DNA from: an uncultured Puniceicoccaceae bacterium
GTDB taxonomy: Bacteria; Verrucomicrobiota; Verrucomicrobiia; Opitutales; Seribacteraceae
Reading direction: 5' to 3'
Length of the DNA: 64,000 bases
Assembly: GCA_964383925.1 (NCBI GenBank)
Contig: CAYLIJ010000001.1
Coordinates: 40,581-104,580 of the forward strand
This document shows positions 49,353 through 60,387 of this stretch, one piece after another. The position numbers and the translations under genes are program-made. Under the pieces are notes generated by a model. The model was not told the DNA's origin and made no database searches. It saw only the letters and a program-made list of their open reading frames with translations. Positions within the stretch are counted from its first letter, which is position 1. Every line of letters starts with the position of its first letter.

Positions 49353-50440
49353 TTTTTAGCTATCGGGTTATTCCTTGTTTTTTGCACATAACTCGTAAGT
49401 GCATTTAATCCATCCAACCCTAAGGTTGCACACGGATTTACAAAAGATGGTAGGGGGCTCGGCGTAAGTCCAATTAAATCATGCGTAACAAGTATTTGAC
49501 CATCACATTGATTACCACTGCCAATTCCAATTAAGGGAGGAAGGATCTGGGTCGCTAATTGAGTTGCAATACGCTCGTCCATCATTTCGGCAATTACTGC
49601 AAAACAACCTGCTTCTTCGAGGCTAATCGCATCTGTATATAAGCTATCTGCTTCTTCTCGACTCGCACCAAATTTACGATATCCACCGATCGCCTTAACA
49701 GTTTGGGGTAAAAGTCCGATATGTCCCATCACTGGGATACCAGTAGCAACAAGTTTCTCAATATCATCTGCTATATCTTTACCACCCTCAATTTTTACCG
49801 CATCTGCTCCGTTCTGCATAAGTCGGCGAGAGGAATCAAGTAATCGATCAAAGGATAGACTCGCTTCACCAAAAGGTAAATCCGCTACAACAAGACACCC
49901 TGGTTGCCCCCTACGAACTGCCGCGGTATGGTGTACCATGTCGTCAATTGTGACCGGAATGGTAGTTTCATAACCTAAGAGAGTTGTCCCTACCGAATCA
50001 CCGACCAAAATAAAATCTACACCCGCTTTAGCAATAAGCTTTGACATAATCGCATCATATGCAGTTAAGCCTACAATTGATCTTTTCCCTTTTAGCCCTC
50101 CAATATACTTGATATTAGGCTTGATTTCCGAGAGGTCGATCCGATGCCTACGAGGTGCCATATCCCTTTTCGGTTCTGGTCGATTAGAAACTTCCGGAGC
50201 GGATATCGGTTTTATTTTTTCAACAGGTACTTCTACAACCAACTCCTCTTTAGAAACTGACTCCTTTTTCGCAACGGTTTTCTCCTCCGTATCTTTAGGA
50301 GAAATTTTCTTTTCTTTTACTTTAAGGGAAGTAACCGGCTTTTTTTTCCTTCGAATCGGTTTTTTTATTTCCCCAAGAATTTTTTCTCTCTTTCCTTCGA
50401 CTTTATCTTCCACGGGTTTTATTTTTTTATCATCAGGCAT
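49349..50440 (-). CDS. panB: Ketopantoate hydroxymethyltransferase with charged N-terminal extension
   Basis: LTAYD, ILVGDS, ADLPF, VKIEGG, GHIGLLPQ, GQILVTHD. Confidence 0.93.
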   Translation of the reverse strand: MPDDKKIKPVEDKVEGKREKILGEIKKPIRRKKKPVTSLKVKEKKISPKDTEEKTVAKKESVSKEELVVEVPVEKIKPISAPEVSNRPEPKRDMAPRRHRIDLSEIKPNIKYIGGLKGKRSIVGLTAYDAIMSKLIAKAGVDFILVGDSVGTTLLGYETTIPVTIDDMVHHTAAVRRGQPGCLVVADLPFGEASLSFDRLLDSSRRLMQNGADAVKIEGGKDIADDIEKLVATGIPVMGHIGLLPQTVKAIGGYRKFGASREEADSLYTDAISLEEAGCFAVIAEMMDERIATQLATQILPPLIGIGSGNQCDGQILVTHDLIGLTPSPLPSFVNPCATLGLDGLNALTSYVQKTRNNPIAKK

Positions 50441-51431
50441 GATCAAGGCTATTTTCAAAGTTCATAATATGTTTCATAATTAAATTTTTATCTTCTTGTG
50501 GCAGAGATTTCTCAGATGCTCGAACAGTCTCAATAATTTGGCCATGTTTTCTAGCTCCCACGATAGCAGAGGTGACTTCTTTTCGGCTTAAAGCCCAACA
50601 CACTGCTAGTTGCCCAACGGTCATTTCCCTTTCTTGTCCAATTAATCTTAACTTTTCTTGCAGAATAAGAAACGCTTGTAAACCATCTTTACTATGAAGG
50701 GGACTGACTATTGGGTGATCCACTTTATGTTTCCTCCAATCATTTTGAGGTAAATTGTCCAACCATTGATGAGAAATTTTCCCAGTCAATACTCCCGAAT
50801 GCATTGGACTGTAAGCTAAGACTCCAGAATTGTTATGGTCACACCAGCCTAAAACCTCTTCTTCAATTTTACGTTCAAGCATGCTATACATTGGCTGGTT
50901 AGAAGATACTTGAGCTATGTTCTGTAACGCCTCCAATTCAGGTTGCCAACAATTACAGACCCCCGCCCATCTAATTTTACCAATTTTTTTCAAGTCCTGC
51001 AGAGTTTCCCAAGCCTCAATTAAATTTTCTGATGGAGTTGGCCAATGAATTTGATAAAGGTCAATCCAATCACGCCCTAACCTTTTTAGAGATCCATCCA
51101 CTTCTTCTAAAATTGTTTCCCTAGATATGAATCGTTTGGGTTTACCATCCTCTTGAGGTAAAACGCCACATTTCGTAGCAACAATAATATTGTCATCATT
51201 ATATTCTTTTAACGCTTTACCCACAGCAACTTCAGCTACTCCAAATCCATAAGCATGTGCAGTATCAACCCAATTAATCCCTTGCTCCATCGCCTCTAAT
51301 ATACAGGTAATTGAATCATTCTCATCCTGAGACCCCCAACCCATTTCCCAGTCTCCGCCCCCAATCGCCCAAGTACCAAGGCCAATTTCTGTAAGCAAAA
51401 GATCAGTATTTCCTAATTGATTTCTTTTCAT
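50433..51431 (-). CDS. Aldo/keto reductase
   Basis: GLGTWAIGG, DTAHAYG, ATKCG, DLYQIHWP, YSPM. Confidence 0.93.
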   Translation of the reverse strand: MKRNQLGNTDLLLTEIGLGTWAIGGGDWEMGWGSQDENDSITCILEAMEQGINWVDTAHAYGFGVAEVAVGKALKEYNDDNIIVATKCGVLPQEDGKPKRFISRETILEEVDGSLKRLGRDWIDLYQIHWPTPSENLIEAWETLQDLKKIGKIRWAGVCNCWQPELEALQNIAQVSSNQPMYSMLERKIEEEVLGWCDHNNSGVLAYSPMHSGVLTGKISHQWLDNLPQNDWRKHKVDHPIVSPLHSKDGLQAFLILQEKLRLIGQEREMTVGQLAVCWALSRKEVTSAIVGARKHGQIIETVRASEKSLPQEDKNLIMKHIMNFENSLDHA

Positions 51432-51523
51432 CGTAAATTTTCTAAATTAATATTGTATAAAGGCATAACTCTACCCTTTGACATCGCCTTGATCTAGATT
51501 AATTTAAACCAATTTAAAAAGAA

Positions 51524-52228
51524 ATGAAAAGAATTTTAATAACCGGAGCTAGCCGTGGAATTGGCCTTGAATTAACCAAACAAAATCTAATCCGAGGGCA
51601 TTATATTTATGCATCTTGCAGAAATCCGACTGAACCCAATGAATTGACGTCATTACAGTCTCAATACAAGGACAGAATTGAGATATTAACTCTAGATGTA
51701 GAAGATGAAGACTCAGTAAAAACTTGTTTTAATGGTCTTAAAAAAAAAGACCAGTCAATTGACCTCCTTTTTAATAACGCTGGAATCATGGATTGGAGTA
51801 ATTTTGAAGACATTTCGTGCTCTTCTCTAGAGAAAATATATAAAGTCAATTTATTAGGAACCTTACTAGTGACAAGGAATGCCATACCCTGCCTCCAACA
51901 ATCACCCGCACCGATTATTGTTAATTTGTCATCACGATTAGGGTCTATTGAGTTAAGGGGTGGAACCCAACTGGGTGGTGCGATTGCATACCAATGTTCA
52001 AAAGCTGCTTTAAACATGTTAACTAAGCAAATGTCTATAGATCTTAAACCTTTAAATATTAGAGTTATTTCGCAAAGCCCCGGTTGGGTAAAAACTGAAA
52101 TGGGTGGAACCGAAGCAAAATATCGAGTCCAAGACGCAGTCTCGATGATGTTAAATGCCTTAGAGAGTCTTCCGAAAGATCAAACAGGAATTTTTATTGG
52201 TGAAGACGGGGTCCAAATTCCCTGGTAG
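51524..52228 (+). CDS. Short-chain dehydrogenase/reductase (C-factor/CsgA-like subgroup)
   Basis: TGASRGIG, NNAG, YQCSKAALN, PGWVKTEMGG. Confidence 0.92.
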   Translation: MKRILITGASRGIGLELTKQNLIRGHYIYASCRNPTEPNELTSLQSQYKDRIEILTLDVEDEDSVKTCFNGLKKKDQSIDLLFNNAGIMDWSNFEDISCSSLEKIYKVNLLGTLLVTRNAIPCLQQSPAPIIVNLSSRLGSIELRGGTQLGGAIAYQCSKAALNMLTKQMSIDLKPLNIRVISQSPGWVKTEMGGTEAKYRVQDAVSMMLNALESLPKDQTGIFIGEDGVQIPW

Positions 52229-52276
52229 TTGAAAAGAACCCTTGTTCTCACTCACTTTAAAGATCAAAGTACAATT

Positions 52277-52834
52277 ATGAAATTTTCTTTATCAACAATA
52301 TTAATCTTTCTTTCTCTTTTAAATCCATTACGAGCTTTAGAAATCAACGATTTAGTAGATAATTTCGAGGCCATTGATTCGAAAGGGAAAACTTGGAAAT
52401 CGGAAAAGTTTAGGAATCGAAAACACATACTCCTGTATTTTTATCCTGCGGCAATGACTGGAGGATGTACCAAACAAGCATGTGCCTACCGTGATGACCA
52501 TGGGGAATGGAAAAAACTCGGAGTTGAGGTAATCGGTATAAGCGGAGACCAATCCGATAGTCTTTCCCTATTTAAAGAAGCGGAAAAGCTTCCGTTTACT
52601 CTCCTCTCCGATCCGCAAGGTCAATTAGCCAAATTATTTAATGTACCGGTTGGAAAAGGGGGAATAATTGAACGCTTCATTAAAGGTGATAAATTCACTT
52701 TGGAAAGAGGAGTAACGATAAAGCGCTGGACTTTTCTTATTTCTAAGTCTGGAAAACTGCTTTATAAAGACAAACAAGTAACAGCTTCAAAAGATAGCAA
52801 AACTGTAATGGAATTCCTCAACAACAAAAAATAA
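52277..52834 (+). CDS. BCP/PrxQ-type peroxiredoxin with signal peptide
   Basis: FYPAAMTGGCTKQAC; MKFSLSTILIFLSLLNPLRA leader. Confidence 0.88.
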   Translation: MKFSLSTILIFLSLLNPLRALEINDLVDNFEAIDSKGKTWKSEKFRNRKHILLYFYPAAMTGGCTKQACAYRDDHGEWKKLGVEVIGISGDQSDSLSLFKEAEKLPFTLLSDPQGQLAKLFNVPVGKGGIIERFIKGDKFTLERGVTIKRWTFLISKSGKLLYKDKQVTASKDSKTVMEFLNNKK

Positions 52835-53103
52835 TGGCCGTACAAATTGTCAAAAGTGGAAGTGAACGTAGGCTTCTAAAGTCATCCGCAAAAATCAGAA
52901 ATGTAGATATTAAGATTGGAAAAAAAGGAGTAACTCCAAATGTCATCCAAGAAATACAATTCATTTTAAACCGAGACAAAATGGTAAAAGTATCCTTTAA
53001 GGAGGATCGAGAAAAAAGAATTAAACAGGTTGATTCTATCCTAGAAACAATTGATTCTACACTCATTGAGTCGGTAGGAAAAACCGCAACCTTTTCATTA
53101 TAG
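52834..53103 (+). CDS. yhbY: YhbY/CRM-domain RNA-binding protein
   Basis: IGKKGVT, MVKV, ESVGKT; 89 aa. Confidence 0.8.
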   Translation: MAVQIVKSGSERRLLKSSAKIRNVDIKIGKKGVTPNVIQEIQFILNRDKMVKVSFKEDREKRIKQVDSILETIDSTLIESVGKTATFSL

Positions 53104-53108
53104 AGCCA

Positions 53109-53576
53109 ATGCAGAAGATTTCTCCTCTCCATGAAAACGATCATACTCCAAAATTCTCCACGACCGACTCAGAAGGTAATTCTATTTCGAACGAAAATCT
53201 TCTTGGACATAAATATTTAATTTATTTTTATCCCCGCGATAATACACCTGGTTGTACAGCACAGGCTTGTGGTTTTAGAGAACATTATTCTTTTTTCAAA
53301 AATAAGAATATCAAAATTATAGGGGTATCAGGAGATAGTATTCGATCACATGAAAAGTTCAGAGTGAAATTTAAATTACCCTTTTCTTTGCTTCTTGATG
53401 AAAACCACGAAATTGCGAAGTCTTTTGGTGTTTGGGGTGAAAAGAAATTCATGGGAAAAAGTTTTGAAGGCATACATCGAATTTCATTCCTGATTGATGA
53501 AACGGGTAAAATAGTAAAAACCTACACGAAAGTTAAAGCAAAAAGTCACGCTGATGAACTTGTTCAGGAACTATAA
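53109..53576 (+). CDS. bcp: Thioredoxin-dependent thiol peroxidase Bcp
   Basis: YFYPRDNTPGCTAQAC, GVWGEKKFMGK. Confidence 0.93.
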   Translation: MQKISPLHENDHTPKFSTTDSEGNSISNENLLGHKYLIYFYPRDNTPGCTAQACGFREHYSFFKNKNIKIIGVSGDSIRSHEKFRVKFKLPFSLLLDENHEIAKSFGVWGEKKFMGKSFEGIHRISFLIDETGKIVKTYTKVKAKSHADELVQEL

Positions 53577-53624
53577 TTGAGAAAACTTTTTAAGTCTTAA
53601 AAAGAGTAGGACGATACAAAAAGT

Positions 53625-54395
53625 TCAGGAGGCTTGGGATTGGGCTGCTTCAATAATTCCCACAAATGCACGTGCTGTTAAAGATGCACCACCAATCAAC
53701 CCACCATCTACATCCTTTTGTGCAAGTAATCCTGCAGCATTTTCAGGTTTCATTGAACCGCCGTAAAGAATACGAATACTATCCGCAGCGGAATCTCCAA
53801 ACATTTCTGAAAGAACTTTTCGAATATCACAATGTACTTCTTGAGCCATCTCATCTGTTGCGGTCTTACCAGTTCCAATCGCCCAAATAGGTTCATAGGC
53901 TAATACTAAATTATCAATCGAATGAGCAGGGAAATTCTCTAATCCTTCTCTGACTTGGGTGCGCACAACATCTAAGGTCTGTCCTAATTCCCTTTCTTCC
54001 AAAGTCTCACCAATACAATAAATTGGCTTTAAATTATTCTCAATCGCGGCATGTATCTTTTTATTAATAACCTGATTAGTTTCTCCGAATAATTGCCTTC
54101 TTTCGCTGTGCCCCAATATCACAAAGCTAACATAGAGATCGCGTAGCATTTCTGCTGATATTTCTCCAGTGTACGCACCGGATTGAGCAGCATTCATATC
54201 CTGCGCTCCGAGGAATACTTCAGATTTATCTATTGAATCTGATACTTTTGAAAGAGATGTAAATGGGGGACAAACACAAACTTGAACAGAAGTTTGCTTT
54301 CCAACTGAAGACTTGATCTCATCAATCAAATCACAGGCTTCAGCCGACGTTTTATTCATTTTCCAATTACCTGCAATAAGAAATTTACGAGACAT
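53625..54395 (-). CDS. tpiA: Triosephosphate isomerase
   Basis: AGNWKMN, GHSERR, AYEPIWAIGTG, YGGS, LIGGASL. Confidence 0.98.
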   Translation of the reverse strand: MSRKFLIAGNWKMNKTSAEACDLIDEIKSSVGKQTSVQVCVCPPFTSLSKVSDSIDKSEVFLGAQDMNAAQSGAYTGEISAEMLRDLYVSFVILGHSERRQLFGETNQVINKKIHAAIENNLKPIYCIGETLEERELGQTLDVVRTQVREGLENFPAHSIDNLVLAYEPIWAIGTGKTATDEMAQEVHCDIRKVLSEMFGDSAADSIRILYGGSMKPENAAGLLAQKDVDGGLIGGASLTARAFVGIIEAAQSQAS

Positions 54396-54424
54396 ATTAA
54401 TAATATTCTACTGTTTTTAAAAAA

Positions 54425-55624
54425 TTATTCGCGATCCAAAATTGTAACTCCAGGAAGGGATTTCCCCTCCAAAAACTCCAGAGATGCACCACCTCCTGTA
54501 CTCATAAAAGTAACATCCTCAGAGTACCCACTCTGATTAATCGCGGTAACGGAGTCACCTCCACCAATGATTGAAACTCCGCTACTTTCAGACACTGCTT
54601 TTGCAATTGCAAATGTCCCTTTGCTTGAATCTGGAATTTCAAAAACTCCCATGGGACCATTCCACAAAACAGTCTTGGCCAGTGCCACTTCACGAGCATA
54701 TATTTCTGTTGTTTGGGGTCCAATATCAACTCCCTCCCATCCATCTTCTATATCTCCTTCAAACACCCTTGTTTCTCCCAAGGTTTTGGCATCAAAATCT
54801 AATGCATTGGTTCCAAGTGTATCCACCGGCAAAAGAAAACGGACTCCTTTCTCTTTCGCCTTTTCGAGAGCAGATCTGGCTAAATCAACTTTATCAGGTT
54901 CACATAGACTTTCGCCTATCCTTTTTCCATTCGCTAATGCAAAAGTGTAAGCCATTGCACCTCCAATAATAATAACATCTGCCTTGTCTATGAGAGAATC
55001 AATAACCATTATCTTGTCACTCACTTTTGCACCACCCAATATAACCGCAAAAGGACGGTCTGGAGTCGCCGTTTTTTGACCAAGAAATTCTAGTTCTTTT
55101 GTAATTAGGTATCCAGAAACCTTAACAGGTAAGAGTTTAGCAACACCATAGTTAGAGGCATGTGCTCGGTGTGCGGTACCAAAAGCATCGTTTACAAAAA
55201 CATCTGCAAGTGACGCTAGGTTTTCAGCAAAAATTGGGTCATTTTCAGTCTCACCATTATGAAACCTGAGATTTTCTAAGAGTGCAATTTGACCGTCCTG
55301 CAAATCTGTGAGAGCTTCTACTACCTCAGCTCCAATACAATCGTTCAAAAATAACACGGGGAGGGAAAGTTTTTCAGAAAGTAGAGAAGCAACTGGGGCA
55401 AGGCTCATCGAATCTACTCGTTTACCCTTTGGTCTACCTAAATGACTTGCTAGTATAATCTTTGCACCCTGTGCATGAAGTTTTTTTATAGTGGGTAAAG
55501 CTGCATTGATTCGAGTTTCATCTGAGATTCTACCTTCAGGATCCAATGGGACATTAAAATCGACCCGAACAAATACGCGTCTACCGTTAAAATTTACATC
55601 ATCAATGTTTTTAACTTTGGACAT
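54425..55624 (-). CDS. pgk: Phosphoglycerate kinase
   Basis: RVDFNVP, SHLGRP, DAFGTAHRAH, STGGGASLE. Confidence 0.98.
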   Translation of the reverse strand: MSKVKNIDDVNFNGRRVFVRVDFNVPLDPEGRISDETRINAALPTIKKLHAQGAKIILASHLGRPKGKRVDSMSLAPVASLLSEKLSLPVLFLNDCIGAEVVEALTDLQDGQIALLENLRFHNGETENDPIFAENLASLADVFVNDAFGTAHRAHASNYGVAKLLPVKVSGYLITKELEFLGQKTATPDRPFAVILGGAKVSDKIMVIDSLIDKADVIIIGGAMAYTFALANGKRIGESLCEPDKVDLARSALEKAKEKGVRFLLPVDTLGTNALDFDAKTLGETRVFEGDIEDGWEGVDIGPQTTEIYAREVALAKTVLWNGPMGVFEIPDSSKGTFAIAKAVSESSGVSIIGGGDSVTAINQSGYSEDVTFMSTGGGASLEFLEGKSLPGVTILDRE

Positions 55625-55706
55625 AACAATATAAGAAAATACTAGTTTGAATTTTAAATAGCGACGAAGCTATCCCAAAGAATTGATATCGAGAAATACT
55701 TTAAAG

Positions 55707-56768
<1,062 letters not shown>

Positions 56769-56829
56769 TTATTAAAGCTTTCTACGAATGAGAATTAATA
56801 CGAAAAATGGCAAGTATATACGAAAAAAA

Positions 56830-57747
56830 CTATCCCAAAGTACGTTCGATTAAATTCAAGAAATTACGGAATTCTTTAAAATTCTCTCTTGTTTCTTGTT
56901 TAAAGTAATCTAATTGTTCATCGTCTAGCGATAATCTCTCCATTATTTCAGGAGATAATTTGCCGTGAGACCGATGTCCGCTGAAACCAAAATGTAAAGA
57001 ATGTGCAAGCCAATTTCCGACATAAACAACATCAATCAAATTATTTAGTTCGTCCTCTCCCACAGTTCCTCTTTCGATAATATCGACCTCATGATGCCAG
57101 CGAATGACTGACTCGACATCTCTATTTAGCCCCCATTCCTTGCACACAATTTGACCGACTCGATCATGTGTCGGTGAATTTTTCTTTATTTCCACATCGA
57201 TAAAAGGAATTTCCTCGTATATTGCATCACCCACATCCTCACAAAATGATTGGGGATTTAATTGTAAACGTGCAACTTTTCCTATGTCATGAACTAATCC
57301 ACAACTGTACGCTCTCTGTCTTTGGCAATGATTAGTTAATTCGGCAATTGTAGAAGATGCAACCGCAGTACCTAAACTATGCTTCCAAAGTTCCACAGGA
57401 TCATAATTAAGGTCTTTGGCATTCTTAAAAGAAAATGCTTTAAAAACCGATGCTGTTAATATTACCATGTGAATTTTATCGAACCCGAGAGTGCCAATTG
57501 CTTCTCCAACATCGGTAACTCTTTCTCTTTCACCTCGATAATGTACGCTGTTAGCAACCCGTAAAACTTTCATGGTCAGGGTTTGATCCGACTTCATCAT
57601 TTCTTGAATAGAATGCGTGGGAGAATTTGGATCCTTAAGCATATCCGAAAGAGATTCGAACACAGTTGGAAGGGTCGGCAAGCTATCCTTTAACTCTTCG
57701 CCAATAGATTTGTAATCTATAACACCACTTATACTTTCCATTCCCAC
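56830..57747 (-). CDS. HDOD domain protein
   Basis: LPTLP, DQTLTMKVLRVANS, WKHSLG, GLVHDIGK, IRWHH. Confidence 0.9.
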   Translation of the reverse strand: MGMESISGVIDYKSIGEELKDSLPTLPTVFESLSDMLKDPNSPTHSIQEMMKSDQTLTMKVLRVANSVHYRGERERVTDVGEAIGTLGFDKIHMVILTASVFKAFSFKNAKDLNYDPVELWKHSLGTAVASSTIAELTNHCQRQRAYSCGLVHDIGKVARLQLNPQSFCEDVGDAIYEEIPFIDVEIKKNSPTHDRVGQIVCKEWGLNRDVESVIRWHHEVDIIERGTVGEDELNNLIDVVYVGNWLAHSLHFGFSGHRSHGKLSPEIMERLSLDDEQLDYFKQETRENFKEFRNFLNLIERTLG

Positions 57748-57802
57748 ACCAATAAACTAAATAATTCAACAACTGGAATCAACATAAATTGAATTTTTTT
57801 AT

Positions 57803-58717
57803 TTAAACACCGCCACTATCAAGAAGATCGCAAAAATCTTCTGTCATTTTTAGTTCGTTCTCTATTTCTGAACATAATTGATCAATTTGAGAGGGTTGTA
57901 AATTTAGGCGAGCGAGTAAAGCATCGGTTGGTTTGTCAGGACTTTCATGTCCACTAAAACCAAATTTTTGATCGTTCACTGCCCAATTTGCGAGAATGAC
58001 TAAATCAATTAGTTGGTGAGCTTCTTCCGAAGTCACTTTTTGTCGACGCTCTAAAACAGGTTCATGGTGCCATCTAACAACCCCTTCAACAAAACTAGAC
58101 AAACCCCAGTTTTTACAAATCAAATAACCGAGGTAATCATGTCGTGGAGATTGATTAATTAATTCTGATTTATAAAAATTAATCTTTTTATCAAGTGAAG
58201 TCTGAGAATCGATTAAAAAATCTTGTGTTTCCTCATTTTCATCAAGTTTAAAACGAGCCACTTTTCCAATATCATGAACCAGTCCGCAAGTATAAGCCCT
58301 TTCATGCCATGTCTTACCCAGAAAATTGGCAATACAACGAGATGCAGCAGCAACTCCAAGGCAATGCTTCCACAATCCCTCAAGTGAAAACTTCTGCTCT
58401 GCAGAAGGTCCAGAAAACATCTTGAAAACAGATGTAGTCAGGACCACATTTCTTATTTTCTCAAACCCAAGTGTTCCAATCGCTTCATTAGCATCAGTGA
58501 CTCGATCTCGACCACCGCGATAAAAAGAAGTGTTTGCAACTCGTAAAATTTTCATCGTCATCGATTGGTCGGAAACCATAACATCTTCCACAGCAAATGT
58601 AGAAGCATCAGGGTTCTGTAAAACATTTGTTAATTCATTAACAATTGTTGGCAGAGTAGGTAAATTTCGTTGAATTTTCTCGACTAAATATTCGTAATTA
58701 ATTGCATTAGATTCCAT
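57803..58717 (-). CDS. HDOD domain protein (tandem paralog)
   Basis: LPTLP, KILRVANT, WKHCLG, GLVHDIGK, VRWHH. Confidence 0.9.
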   Translation of the reverse strand: MESNAINYEYLVEKIQRNLPTLPTIVNELTNVLQNPDASTFAVEDVMVSDQSMTMKILRVANTSFYRGGRDRVTDANEAIGTLGFEKIRNVVLTTSVFKMFSGPSAEQKFSLEGLWKHCLGVAAASRCIANFLGKTWHERAYTCGLVHDIGKVARFKLDENEETQDFLIDSQTSLDKKINFYKSELINQSPRHDYLGYLICKNWGLSSFVEGVVRWHHEPVLERRQKVTSEEAHQLIDLVILANWAVNDQKFGFSGHESPDKPTDALLARLNLQPSQIDQLCSEIENELKMTEDFCDLLDSGGV

Positions 58718-58782
58718 TTACATTTTATTATTGGTTTACTAATTTAAAGTGGACTTTATAAATGACCCAATAAGATGATTAC

Positions 58783-60387
58783 TCAAACTAATAAATCTTC
58801 TTTATTTTTTAAAATAAACGAGAATGTAACAATAGTTGTGAAAAGACAGATGTAGGCAAACCAATCCCCATGACGCACATAAAACGAAACCTTTGGCGGG
58901 TGAATTAAAAGATTTAATAAAGTTGCTCCTTCGAAATAAATACTACCAGTCCCATCTCTCAAAACCTCTCGTTGGTATCCATTCGGGTCAATCCATCCAG
59001 ACCAACCCGCGTTGCCACAACGAAGAAAAGGCGTTTGTGTCTCAATTGCACGAAGTACTGAATGAGCAGCGTGTTGTTCAGCGCATCCCTCCTCTCCGAA
59101 CCAAGCATCATTGGTGGTAACAAAAAAGAGATTCACCCCAGATAAAGCAGTTTCTCTACACAAACGAGGAAAAATATCCTCATAACAAATAAGGGGACCA
59201 ATTTTTAAACAAGCGGATTCTTTACTTTTGGAATTCACTGTAAAAGTTTTAACAGTATCCCCTTTTTTAAAACTTCCAACTGGTCCAACTAATTTTCGTA
59301 ATCCTGGAATCCATTTAAATGGAAAAGGCACATATTCACCAAAAGGGACTAGTACTCTCTTTGCATACCAATTATCTTTAAATCCATTTTCAGGATGAAT
59401 TTCTGCGATTGTATTATATATTAAATCAGAATCTTTTAATACCGCACCAATAAGCAAAGGGGTTTTAGTCTGCGTTGAAAGTTCCTCAACCCAGGCAGAA
59501 TCTTTATTCAAAGCGTAAGGAGTTGAAGCCTCAGGCCAAACTATAAGGTCGGGGTTCATCAATCCAAGAAACCGAGTCTGCCTTTTGAGAGTATCCTTAT
59601 GAATCTCGGCATTTCCACCCTTCCATTTATCTCTCAAGTAAGGTTGACAAATACCCACATTAAATTTTTGCCTGTCTAAAGAAATATCGTTCTTAAAAAG
59701 AAAGAACGGACTCACCATGAAAATGAAAACGACTATTGCCAAATAAAAATCTGGACAGATATTCCCAAAGATTCCGCCCGTTGATTTTCTCCTCCTGACT
59801 AATATGTGGTGTAAATATGATGAAAGACAAAGATTAAAAAGAACAAGGAAAAAAGATACGCCCCAAGATCCTATCCATTGAGAAGTCTGTAATAAAATTG
59901 GACGCTCCCATTGAGTTACTGACAATGGACACCAAGGAAAGCCAAGAGTGAATTGACATCTTAACCACTCCATTGAAACCCACGCAGATGGAAGAACTAG
60001 AAGGATTAAGAACCTACACTTAAATGAGCTAACTGCTGCTCTTGGGACTAAAATTCGAGCTAATAAAAACCATGGTAAATTATAAATAGAGAGAAGAATA
60101 CATGCCGAAAACAAGCCACCAAAAGAAATATGTCTCATCCAACCAACCAACGAAAGATGATACAATATACCAGCTATGAAAAATACAAATGCGACAGTCT
60201 TTAATTTAGGTTTAAAGCAAAACCAACTTATTGCGGGCAGTAAGAAAAAATATGCACACTCTGGAGACTCCCGTGGAGGTTGAGCGAGAAGAAGAAATAA
60301 ATAAGTTCCCATTGACGCGGACAAGGGAATCCAAAATTTTTTCAATAGATCAGATAAAGAAAATTTAGTATTTATCATGTTAACCAA
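58783..60387 (-). CDS. lnt: Apolipoprotein N-acyltransferase
   Basis: GFPW, WPE, KRVLVPFGEY, ICYE, TNDAWF. Confidence 0.95.
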   Translation of the reverse strand: MVNMINTKFSLSDLLKKFWIPLSASMGTYLFLLLAQPPRESPECAYFFLLPAISWFCFKPKLKTVAFVFFIAGILYHLSLVGWMRHISFGGLFSACILLSIYNLPWFLLARILVPRAAVSSFKCRFLILLVLPSAWVSMEWLRCQFTLGFPWCPLSVTQWERPILLQTSQWIGSWGVSFFLVLFNLCLSSYLHHILVRRRKSTGGIFGNICPDFYLAIVVFIFMVSPFFLFKNDISLDRQKFNVGICQPYLRDKWKGGNAEIHKDTLKRQTRFLGLMNPDLIVWPEASTPYALNKDSAWVEELSTQTKTPLLIGAVLKDSDLIYNTIAEIHPENGFKDNWYAKRVLVPFGEYVPFPFKWIPGLRKLVGPVGSFKKGDTVKTFTVNSKSKESACLKIGPLICYEDIFPRLCRETALSGVNLFFVTTNDAWFGEEGCAEQHAAHSVLRAIETQTPFLRCGNAGWSGWIDPNGYQREVLRDGTGSIYFEGATLLNLLIHPPKVSFYVRHGDWFAYICLFTTIVTFSFILKNKEDLLV

